20,000 nt of DNA, taken from an uncultured virus (IMG/VR IMGVR_UViG_3300008262_000099) (Duplodnaviria; Heunggongvirae; Uroviricota; Caudoviricetes). This document shows, piece after piece, positions 7,338 through 15,423 of the stretch. Each line of letters begins with the position of its first letter. The first letter of the stretch is position 1. Position numbers and translations under genes: made by a program. The notes beneath the pieces were generated by a model, which was given only the letters and a program-made list of their open reading frames with translations, had not been told where the DNA came from and did no database searches. The stretch lies in IMG/VR virus record IMGVR_UViG_3300008262_000099; one strand, 5' to 3'.

Positions 7338-8111
7338 ATGGCAGAAACAACGAATATCGTTGATGCCCCGGCAGTTCAAGAAGCATTCTTGGCTGACGTT
7401 CCAGCAGCAACGGAAAGTAAAGCAGAACCCGTAATTGATCAAGTTACGGAAAAAACATATACCGAAGTAGATTTGAAGAAGGTTCGTGAGCAGGAGAAAT
7501 CCAAGCTTTACCCTCAAATTGATTCGCTTAAAGAAGAGCTCACCTTGCTTAAGAAGGAACGAGAAGAGCGATTGGCAGAAGCAGAACGTGCAAAGGCTGA
7601 AGCAGAGGCTGAAGCAAAGCGCAAAGCTGAGTCAGAAATGGATGTACGCCAACTTCTTGAAGCTAAGGAAAAAGAGTGGGCGCAAAAGCTCGAAGAAGAA
7701 AAACTAGAGCGTGAACGCACATTTGCACTACTCCAACGAGAGCGTCAGTATGCAGAACTCACTGAGTATCGCAATCGCCGCCTCGAAGAAGAGCGGGACA
7801 ACATCATCCCAGAGCTCGTAGACCTAATCTCAGGAAATACTCCTGATGAGATTGAAAATAGTATTACAGGGTTGCGTGAAAGATCTTCACGGATTCTGGA
7901 ATCGGCGCAATCTGCTATGCAGACTGCACGTAAAGAAATGACTGGCAGCCGGGTAACCGCGCCGCCTACCGGACCGATGGACACTAATTTGGAGCAAAAT
8001 CAGTTAACGGCAGAACAAATCTCTGCCATGTCGGTTACCGAATACGCAAAACACAGATCTAAGCTTCTTGGAAAAGCAGCTAACGATCGAAATAAGGGAA
8101 TCTTCGGATAG
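7338..8111 (+). CDS. Capsid scaffolding protein
   Basis: E/K/A/R-rich coiled coil directly upstream of the MCP; C-terminal ISAMSVTEYAKHR helix typical of scaffolds. Confidence 0.8.
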   Translation: MAETTNIVDAPAVQEAFLADVPAATESKAEPVIDQVTEKTYTEVDLKKVREQEKSKLYPQIDSLKEELTLLKKEREERLAEAERAKAEAEAEAKRKAESEMDVRQLLEAKEKEWAQKLEEEKLERERTFALLQRERQYAELTEYRNRRLEEERDNIIPELVDLISGNTPDEIENSITGLRERSSRILESAQSAMQTARKEMTGSRVTAPPTGPMDTNLEQNQLTAEQISAMSVTEYAKHRSKLLGKAANDRNKGIFG

Positions 8112-8154
8112 TAAATCCCCAATAACAACTTAATAACTAAGGAGAAAACCGACT

Positions 8155-9231
8155 ATGGCATCAGCCGTAACAGGTACCGGCAATTTAGCTGCCGCACCTA
8201 CAGCGTACTCTGGCTCTAACAGCCAGCTAACGCAAGCAATCCAGACGATCTGGTCTAAGGAAATTCTTTTCCAGTCGATGCCAATCCTCCGCTTCGAACA
8301 GTTCGCTGTTAAGAAGACAGAGCTTGGCGTTGCACCTGGTCTCCAGATCAACTTTATGCGTTATAACAACCTTGGTTTTGCAGGAGCACTTGTTGAAGGT
8401 GTTCGTATGCAGACCAATGCATTGACAGCACAGCAGTTCTCAATCACAGTCGCAGAGCATGGCTATGCAATTGCTGTTTCTGAACTTCTACTCAATGCAT
8501 CATTCGATGACGTGATGGCTTCTGCTTCACGTCTTCTTGGCCGTAACATGGCCCTTTATCTCGATGGCCAGGCTCGTGACACCCTCATGGCAGCGTCTTC
8601 CGTTATTTACGGTTATGATCGTTCTGCTAACGTTGCTGTTAACGACTGGTATACAAACGGTACAGTAGGTACTTCACGTGCTTCTCTTACCGGTAACTTC
8701 AACCTTACAACCGCTGTTGTTAAGGACGCTGTCGAGACACTATCAACCAAGAACATTCCACGGCTTGGCGAGACCTACGTGGCATTCGTTCACCCACACC
8801 AGAGCCGTAAGCTTCGTGACCTCCCAGAGTTCATTGAAGTAACTAAGTACGCTGCTCCTGGTAACTTCATGCTCGGTGAAATCGGCCGTCTATATGACAC
8901 AGTATTCATTGAGACCACTCAGATTGAGAAGGTCACAAATGGTGCTGGTGCTGGTTACACTACCGACACTGCAGTAGCTGCAGGCTCAATTGTTTACCCA
9001 ACTGGTGGAGGTTATACATCTCCAGTAACAAAGACTGGTAACGGTAACAAGGATCGCTATACAGCTATCTTCATCGGTGACAATGCATTTGGTCACGCGA
9101 TCTCACTTCCAGTCGAACTCCGCGATGGCGGTATTCTTGACTTCGGCCGTGAGCACGCTCTTGCTTGGTATGCTATCTACGGTCTTGGTCTTATTACTGA
9201 CCAGTCTGTAGTCTTGGCAGAAACCAACTAA
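8155..9231 (+). CDS. Major capsid protein (N4-gp56-like, HK97 fold)
   Basis: 358 aa; LRFEQFA, LVEGV, YVAFVHPHQ, GEIGRLYDTVFIET and DFGREHALAWY motifs; strong AAGGAG RBS; biased codon usage. Confidence 0.93.
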   Translation: MASAVTGTGNLAAAPTAYSGSNSQLTQAIQTIWSKEILFQSMPILRFEQFAVKKTELGVAPGLQINFMRYNNLGFAGALVEGVRMQTNALTAQQFSITVAEHGYAIAVSELLLNASFDDVMASASRLLGRNMALYLDGQARDTLMAASSVIYGYDRSANVAVNDWYTNGTVGTSRASLTGNFNLTTAVVKDAVETLSTKNIPRLGETYVAFVHPHQSRKLRDLPEFIEVTKYAAPGNFMLGEIGRLYDTVFIETTQIEKVTNGAGAGYTTDTAVAAGSIVYPTGGGYTSPVTKTGNGNKDRYTAIFIGDNAFGHAISLPVELRDGGILDFGREHALAWYAIYGLGLITDQSVVLAETN

Positions 9232-9244
9232 TTTAAGCAACACA

Positions 9245-9268
9245 TGGGGGCGGGGAAACCCGCCCCCA
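9245..9268 (+). terminator. Stable hairpin after MCP (terminator, attenuator or 3' stabiliser)
   Basis: TGGGGGCGGG-GAAA-CCCGCCCCCA, a perfect 10-bp stem with no long U-tract. Confidence 0.7.
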
Positions 9269-9295
9269 CTTAAAACCTATAGGAGAACAATAATC

Positions 9296-9664
9296 GTGGC
9301 AAAAGCAAAAGTAACTGACGTCACTGGACGTCAACGCGAAGAGCAACTAAAAGCTCACGCAGAAGAACTAGCACAACGTGCTAATGAGATGTCTATGGCA
9401 ACTGCTACCGCAGCAGCTCGTCTTGAGACTGAAGTGGTAGATGTAAGTAAAAACCCAGATACACCAACAGTAATTGATGAGATTGAATCTGTAGGAGTCA
9501 GCATGGCTGATGATACGCAGATCGTTCGTTTGGCAGAAGATCTAGAGCACGTAACTATCGGCGTAGGAAAGCACTATTCCTTTAAAGCTGGACAAAAGTA
9601 CAAAGTGCCTAAGCATGTGGCACAACACCTTCAAGAAAAGGGTTATTTGTACGAACGTCTCTAG
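9296..9664 (+). CDS. Hypothetical protein downstream of MCP (possibly head-associated)
   Basis: TAGGAG RBS with GTG start; position after the MCP. Confidence 0.8.
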   Translation: MAKAKVTDVTGRQREEQLKAHAEELAQRANEMSMATATAAARLETEVVDVSKNPDTPTVIDEIESVGVSMADDTQIVRLAEDLEHVTIGVGKHYSFKAGQKYKVPKHVAQHLQEKGYLYERL

Positions 9665-9678
9665 TCTAATATAAGAGT

Positions 9679-9727
9679 GCCCACTCCGACGAAGACACGC
9701 CCTCCTAGTCGGAGTGGGTCTTTATTT
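9679..9727 (+). terminator. Intrinsic terminator with a large loop
   Basis: GCCCACTCCGAC / GTCGGAGTGGGT stem, 17-nt loop, followed by CTTTATTT. Confidence 0.7.
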
Positions 9728-9794
9728 ACCCTGTATATTTTCGGTCTCTTTGAGATTATAGGTTGCCGGTTTTATTGGATAGATACGAGGACAA

Positions 9795-10871
9795 GTGGCG
9801 ACGTTATCAGGACTTAGTGATCGTCTACGGGTAGAGATAGGCGATATAAACAGGACCTTTGTCGAAGAATTTCGTGGAGACGGGGTTAACAAGCGTTTTC
9901 AGCTTACCGAAGCTCCAGTAAATGCTACTTCCCTATCTATCAAAGTAAATGGCGTTGAAGTATCAAACGCAGCTAGTGTTGAAGAAGTTATGGGTATGGT
10001 CACTTTAGGATCAATACCTCCAGTAGACGCATCCGTGATTATTTCCGGAATTGCACATAAATATTTTACAGATGCTGAAATTCAATATTATGTTAATACC
10101 GCGTTTGTAGAGCATTCAGCTCGTGCTACAGATAGCAGCGGTTCTAGAGTAACCATAGCTACTATGGCAGGTATTGATGAATATCCGGTGGTGCTTTTAG
10201 CGTCAACTATGGCTTTATATACCTTAGCCACTGACTCAGCATTTGATATTGATATTATTTCTCCGGATGGGGTTTCTATCCCTCGTTCAGAACGTTTTAG
10301 GCAGCTTTCAGACATTATTGCGCAACGCAAAGAACAATACCGTGAACTCTCTATGTTGCTTGGAACTGGTCTTTATAAAATCGACGTGTTTAATTTACGT
10401 CGTATTAGTCGTCGTACAAACCGTTACGTACCTATCTATCGTCCACAAGAAATAGATGACGGATCACTTCCACAACGTGTATATCTGGCTATGCCAGATT
10501 ACGGAGATATTACTCCTGCAAGCCCCGTAGTAAACAGAGATCTATCTCTTTACTCTGGAGATAACTTTAGTATTCAGCTTAAATTCTCTGTGGATCTTGC
10601 TGGTTACACTCCGCTTTCACAGATTCGTTTATTCCCAACTTATCCAAACAATCAAGTTGGGCCAATTATTCTTGCTACCTTTACCATCGTAAAAAGTGCT
10701 TCCATTGTCGGTGGTCCACTAGATACACTGACCCTATCCCTAACTAGCGCCCAAACAGATGCTCTTCCACGTACCGCATATTACGACATTCAATTGACAA
10801 ATAATTCAACTGGAGCTGTTAAAACCTATCTAGAAGGCAAAGTGTTTACTAAGCCTCAGATTTCGGAGTAA
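9795..10871 (+). CDS. Putative head-tail adaptor/neck protein with inserted beta domain and C-terminal BppU-like Ig domain
   Basis: LRVEIGD...[10 protein letters not shown] adaptor-like helical motif; C-terminal [10 protein letters not shown]...[13 protein letters not shown]...YYDIQLT...YLEGKV pattern; GAGG RBS. Confidence 0.6.
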   Translation: MATLSGLSDRLRVEIGDINRTFVEEFRGDGVNKRFQLTEAPVNATSLSIKVNGVEVSNAASVEEVMGMVTLGSIPPVDASVIISGIAHKYFTDAEIQYYVNTAFVEHSARATDSSGSRVTIATMAGIDEYPVVLLASTMALYTLATDSAFDIDIISPDGVSIPRSERFRQLSDIIAQRKEQYRELSMLLGTGLYKIDVFNLRRISRRTNRYVPIYRPQEIDDGSLPQRVYLAMPDYGDITPASPVVNRDLSLYSGDNFSIQLKFSVDLAGYTPLSQIRLFPTYPNNQVGPIILATFTIVKSASIVGGPLDTLTLSLTSAQTDALPRTAYYDIQLTNNSTGAVKTYLEGKVFTKPQISE

Positions 10872-10873
10872 TC

Positions 10874-13078
10874 GTGACAGATCCAGAGATCATACAAATT
10901 ATTGAGCAAAGCCCTGAAATTGTAGTCTTTGGTCCTGATACAGCTGGTCCTGCAGGAGCTATGGGACCTACTGGTCCAACAGGACCGACAGGAGCAGCAT
11001 CAACTGTAACTGGACCTACTGGAGCAACTGGTGCAACTGGTCCTATGGGAGCTACTGGTGCAACAGGACCAACAGGTGCTGCAAGCACAGTTGTGGGTCC
11101 CACTGGTCCGCAAGGAGCTACTGGTCCTGCTGGTCCTAAAGGATCTACTGGTCCACAAGGACCTACTGGCCCAATTGGTGCAACAGGACCTGCCGGTGAA
11201 CAAGGAGTTACTGGCCCACAAGGTATTCAAGGACCTATGGGGGCAACTGGACCGACAGGTTCTAGGGGTGCAACAGGTCCAACCGGATCTCAAGGTATTC
11301 AAGGACCAACTGGTCCTGCCGGTACTGGAGTTACTATTCAGGGAACACTTCCCAATGAAAGTGAACTTCCAGAAGTTGGTTTGCCTGGAGATGCATATTT
11401 AATCGATGGTGATCTTTACGTTTGGGATAATGCAAATACCATCTGGGAAAATGTTGGAAATATTCAAGGACCTACTGGTCCACAAGGAGCAACGGGCGCA
11501 ACAGGTCCACAAGGTCTTCAAGGTTTTCAAGGTTTAGCTGGTGCAACTGGCGCACAAGGACCTACTGGACCTACAGGTGCACAAGGCGCAACTGGTCTTC
11601 CAGGACCAACAGGTCCTCAAGGTGAGCAGGGTCTAACTGGAGAGCTTGGACCAACTGGTCCACAAGGCGCAACTGGTCCTACGGGAGCACAAGGACCAAC
11701 AGGTGCCGCATCTAATGTTCCTGGACCTACAGGTCCTACTGGTGCTACGGGTGAAACAGGTTTACCTGGTGTACAGGGTATTCAAGGACTTCAAGGTGAA
11801 CAAGGTATTCAAGGAGAAACCGGTCCTACTGGCCCACAAGGTTTACAAGGTGAGGTCGGACCTACTGGACCTACCGGTGCAACTGGTCAAGGCTTAAATG
11901 TTTTAGGTGCATTAAACAACTCTGGTGAATTACCTGCATCAGGTAGTCCAGGAGATGCGTACATTATCTCTGGAGATTTATATGTTTGGAGTAGCAACTC
12001 TTCTTCTTGGGTAAACGTAGGAAGAATTGAAGGGGCTACTGGTCCAACAGGAGCGCAAGGTGATATAGGACCTACTGGACCACAAGGTGAAACTGGACTT
12101 ATTGGTCCTACTGGACCACAAGGTGAGCAAGGTTTAGCAGGTCTTGAAGGTGATCAAGGTCCACAAGGTGAAGTCGGACCAACTGGTCCACAAGGTGCGG
12201 CTGGACCTACCGGACCTACTGGTCCAATGCCATTTAACTATGTTGGTGCGTATGACAATGGTGCTGATTATTACCCTGGCATGGTTGTTTCATATTCAGG
12301 ATTTTTATGGATTCGTATTGGTGAAGCAAACCCAGGCTATCCACCATATGAAGGAAGTCCTTATTGGTCACTATTTTTAGGCGCAACAGGTGCACAAGGT
12401 GAGACTGGTGCAACCGGTCCGCAAGGAGATGCAGGTCCAACAGGACCAACCGGTCTAACTGGAGATATTGGACCTACTGGTCCACAGGGAGATCTTGGAC
12501 CTACGGGACCTCAAGGTGAAGTTGGACCAACTGGACCAACAGGACCTGAAGGTAAGTCTTTTGTAGTAAGAGGGACTTTAAGTTTAATAGCAGATCTTCC
12601 TACTACAGGAAATATTTTAGGAGACGCCTATGTAGTACAAGAAGATGGTGGACATCTTTGGGTATGGGATGGAACAGAGTTTGATGACATAGGACAAGTA
12701 GTGGGGCCAACAGGTCCTACAGGTCCAACTGGTCCAGAAGGTGTTTCAGGTCCTACCGGACCAACAGGTAAGTTTGCATATACTTCAGAAACACCGCCTG
12801 TTGGTGCAGCAAATGGAGATGCTTGGTTTAACCCTACAGATGGTTCTGCGTATATCTGGTATGATAATTATTGGATTGAGGTTGGTGCGGCTCCTCTAGG
12901 ACCTACCGGACCTACAGGACCTGCGGGTCCTATTCAAGACATTATTCCAGTTATTGTTTCTGCCTTTGACCATGCGAATCATCAAGGCCTTACAGTAACC
13001 TATGATGAAGCATCAGAAGAAGTACGCATCATTTCCGATGTTGCGTTTATTGAAGCAGTAGCCTTAGCGGCTTTGTGA
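10874..13078 (+). CDS. Collagen-like fibre protein (Gly-X-Y, GPT-rich) with interspersed globular domains
   Basis: Long [10 protein letters not shown] tracts interrupted by GDAY...LYVW domains and a CBM5/12-like domain. Confidence 0.9.
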   Translation: MTDPEIIQIIEQSPEIVVFGPDTAGPAGAMGPTGPTGPTGAASTVTGPTGATGATGPMGATGATGPTGAASTVVGPTGPQGATGPAGPKGSTGPQGPTGPIGATGPAGEQGVTGPQGIQGPMGATGPTGSRGATGPTGSQGIQGPTGPAGTGVTIQGTLPNESELPEVGLPGDAYLIDGDLYVWDNANTIWENVGNIQGPTGPQGATGATGPQGLQGFQGLAGATGAQGPTGPTGAQGATGLPGPTGPQGEQGLTGELGPTGPQGATGPTGAQGPTGAASNVPGPTGPTGATGETGLPGVQGIQGLQGEQGIQGETGPTGPQGLQGEVGPTGPTGATGQGLNVLGALNNSGELPASGSPGDAYIISGDLYVWSSNSSSWVNVGRIEGATGPTGAQGDIGPTGPQGETGLIGPTGPQGEQGLAGLEGDQGPQGEVGPTGPQGAAGPTGPTGPMPFNYVGAYDNGADYYPGMVVSYSGFLWIRIGEANPGYPPYEGSPYWSLFLGATGAQGETGATGPQGDAGPTGPTGLTGDIGPTGPQGDLGPTGPQGEVGPTGPTGPEGKSFVVRGTLSLIADLPTTGNILGDAYVVQEDGGHLWVWDGTEFDDIGQVVGPTGPTGPTGPEGVSGPTGPTGKFAYTSETPPVGAANGDAWFNPTDGSAYIWYDNYWIEVGAAPLGPTGPTGPAGPIQDIIPVIVSAFDHANHQGLTVTYDEASEEVRIISDVAFIEAVALAAL
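10949..12932 (+). repeat. Degenerate 9-nt coding repeats (GGW CCW ACW) of the collagen tracts
   Basis: Directly visible ggacctact/ggtccaaca-type repeats. Confidence 0.9.
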
Positions 13079-13088
13079 GGAGACAATA

Positions 13089-13775
13089 GTGCCGATTAAT
13101 CCCGACTTCTCTGCTCTAGAAGCCATTATTACAGCAAAAGTAGAGTCCGTAGCTACTAACATTGATAATAAAGACCTTCTAATTCAGATGAAGGCTCTTG
13201 AAGCTGCAGTAGCAAACCTAGCATTGACTAGGGTTATTGCCGAGGGTACTTACCAACAAGGTCAGGTAACTAACAGTGCAACCTCAGCCATTACAACTTT
13301 AAATGCTGGTGTAACAACCGCCCAAACAAACTTAAACAACATCGTATCTACAGCAACAACAAACTTAAACACCGCAGCAACAAATGCAATCGATGACTTT
13401 AATGATGTAGCGACCCCCGTCATTGCAACTATCAATGAACTGCTTGCTGATCTAGGAGAAACCAATACACAAGATATTATCGATCTTGTTACCGCTTCTT
13501 TAGGTCAAATCACTACCGCAGCTAATAACGCCACCTCTACCATAACTCAAGCTCAGTCTGATGCAGTAACTGTCATCTCAACTACTGGAACCTCCGCTAT
13601 TGGCAATATTACTGATACCAGAGACACAGCCTTGACAATTTCGGCTATTAATACCGCAAGAGATGCTGCAGTAGCCGCTGTTAGCGCCTCTGGAGACGTA
13701 ACCAACCAGATCAATTTCTTAAGAAACGACCGTTGGCTTGGCCTAAACATATTTGGGCCAAGTTCAGGAAGTTAA
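13089..13775 (+). CDS. Ala/Thr-rich coiled-coil virion fibre-like protein (11-residue periodicity)
   Basis: GAGGAG RBS with GTG start; repeats AQTNLNNIVST/ATTNLNTAATN; AACAAACTTAAACA repeated 33 bp apart. Confidence 0.75.
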   Translation: MPINPDFSALEAIITAKVESVATNIDNKDLLIQMKALEAAVANLALTRVIAEGTYQQGQVTNSATSAITTLNAGVTTAQTNLNNIVSTATTNLNTAATNAIDDFNDVATPVIATINELLADLGETNTQDIIDLVTASLGQITTAANNATSTITQAQSDAVTVISTTGTSAIGNITDTRDTALTISAINTARDAAVAAVSASGDVTNQINFLRNDRWLGLNIFGPSSGS

Positions 13776-13789
13776 GGATTTAAAATGAA

Positions 13790-13813
13790 GAATTCTACCT
13801 ATACTAGCTTACT
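13790..13813 (+). promoter_or_regulatory. Putative promoter (-10 TATACT)
   Basis: CCTATACTagCTTACT matches CCTATACTgtCTTACT at 19838-19853. Confidence 0.5.
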
Positions 13814-13840
13814 GGGTACCGCCCTCGAAGGAGATAACTA

Positions 13841-14500
13841 ATGCCATCCTACTCAGCGCTTAATACGCAAATAGATGCAGTAAAGTCCGAAATTACTGCT
13901 TCTCTTGCTGCAAGCACCTATACTGCTCAAGACTTGGTATATATTGCCAAGACGCTTGAGACACTTGGCAATCTACTTGGCATTAACGACCTAGTAGCTG
14001 CCTCAGCCGATGCTCAAGATGCTTTGAATGATCAACTTGAAGCAATTTTAGACGGAACTGCTCCAGCTAACGTAGGTAAGTTGTACGTTGGTGCAGAAGC
14101 GCAAAGCTTTGAAACTTCAGCCGGTCTTCAAGATCCAGCAATTATTGCAAGTATTGATACTCCAGACTATGCACAGATTGCTTTCCAAAATAAGGGTGGA
14201 GCAGCAAACTCATCTACAGACTTTATTGCCTACGCTAACAACGGAACTGATGACTCCGGATACATCGACATGGGTATTACGTCTGGAGCATTTGCAGACC
14301 CAGACTTTACTATTACTGGGCCAAACGACGGTTACATATTCTTCGAAGCTCCAAGAGTTTTAACATCGACTGTTAACGGAAAATCTTTAACAAATAACGT
14401 AGCAACCCTTACTACTCCAACCGCACACGGATTCCGTGTTGGTATGCCTGTAGTTATTACTGGTGTAGATGGTATTTTTAACGGAACCTACACAATTTGA
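13841..14500 (+). CDS. Tail fibre/virion structural protein, N-terminal part (ends at a frame break)
   Basis: AAGGAG RBS; beta-rich fibre-like sequence; ends abruptly at GIFNGTYTI-TGA within a domain. Confidence 0.75.
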   Translation: MPSYSALNTQIDAVKSEITASLAASTYTAQDLVYIAKTLETLGNLLGINDLVAASADAQDALNDQLEAILDGTAPANVGKLYVGAEAQSFETSAGLQDPAIIASIDTPDYAQIAFQNKGGAANSSTDFIAYANNGTDDSGYIDMGITSGAFADPDFTITGPNDGYIFFEAPRVLTSTVNGKSLTNNVATLTTPTAHGFRVGMPVVITGVDGIFNGTYTI

Positions 14501-15074
14501 AAATAAGATTATATTTGCTGCTGGCGGTCTTGCGTCTGACAATACACAGATGGTTATTATTCCAGATCAAACAGTACATGTTGAGATTGCAACACAATCG
14601 ACATCTACAACCACCGGAGCTCTTGTAGTAGCTGGTGGTATGGGCGTTACCGGTGACGTAAATATTGGCGGTGACGTAAATATTACGGGTACTATCTCCT
14701 TTACTGGTGGTGGCACAACTGTTGAAACTGAAAATATTTCTATCGTTGCTCCTATGATCTTTACCGCACAGGACAACCCATCAAATCTTCTTGATTTTGC
14801 TTTTGTTGGTGAATACAATGTTGGTGGATCAGACAAGTGGACAGCATTCTCAAAGGATGCGGACACAGGAGTTTGGTCACTAGTATCAAATATCACAACA
14901 AAGCCAAGCACAACAATTAACTACTCTCAAGCTGGACTTGTCTATGACAAGCTTAAGCTAGATCAAATAGTGCTTGTCTCTGCTCCAACTGCAAATGATA
15001 ATGCAACAACAAAACTATACGTAGATACACAACGTGCTCAAAATGAGCTCGCACAAGTTATGGGGATTTTCTAA
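14499..15074 (+). CDS. Tail fibre/virion structural protein, C-terminal part (+1 frame continuation of 13841-14500)
   Basis: No convincing RBS for ATG 14469. Fibre motifs STSTTTGALVVAGGMGVTGDVNIGG and APTANDNATTKLYVD. Confidence 0.7.
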   Translation, partial: ENKIIFAAGGLASDNTQMVIIPDQTVHVEIATQSTSTTTGALVVAGGMGVTGDVNIGGDVNITGTISFTGGGTTVETENISIVAPMIFTAQDNPSNLLDFAFVGEYNVGGSDKWTAFSKDADTGVWSLVSNITTKPSTTINYSQAGLVYDKLKLDQIVLVSAPTANDNATTKLYVDTQRAQNELAQVMGIF

Positions 15075-15118
15075 CCCACCGGGTAAGAACTAATAGTTAC
15101 TTAGGAGGTAACAAATAA

Positions 15119-15421
15119 ATGGCAAATACAGTAAAGAAGCTGTTCCGAGGAAGCGTAGCTACCTCAGCAGCTGACGTATACACAGTTCCTGCAGCAACAA
15201 CTGCTGTAGTAACTAACATTGTGCTAACTAATACAACAGCTAACGTATTAACTGGTACAGTAAAGCTAGCAACACATGAAGTGCTATCCGCAGTAACAGT
15301 ACCTGCAAATGGTATTTTTGCTCTAGACCTTAAGCAAGTTCTAGATGCATCAGAAACTATAAATGCTGATGGATCAGCTGCTGGTTTGAAGCTTCACATC
15401 TCAGGGATGGAGATTAACTAA
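15119..15421 (+). CDS. Small beta-sandwich virion protein (putative fibre adaptor)
   Basis: AGGAGG RBS; VYTVPAATTAVVTNIVLTN...LHISGME pattern common in aquatic phage fibre modules. Confidence 0.75.
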   Translation: MANTVKKLFRGSVATSAADVYTVPAATTAVVTNIVLTNTTANVLTGTVKLATHEVLSAVTVPANGIFALDLKQVLDASETINADGSAAGLKLHISGMEIN

Positions 15422-15423
15422 TC

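Noticed and set aside
10949..12932. Repeats as a possible CRISPR array
   Set aside because: They are degenerate 9-nt coding repeats of Gly-X-Y with no repeat-spacer structure.
14498..14506. TGA stop-codon reassignment or readthrough
   Set aside because: An in-frame TAA follows two codons later, and TGA, TAG and TAA all act as normal stops elsewhere.
14651..14684. Exact 16-bp tandem duplication CGGTGACGTAAATATT
   Set aside because: It is an in-frame coding repeat (GDVNI twice), typical of beta-rich fibre shafts.
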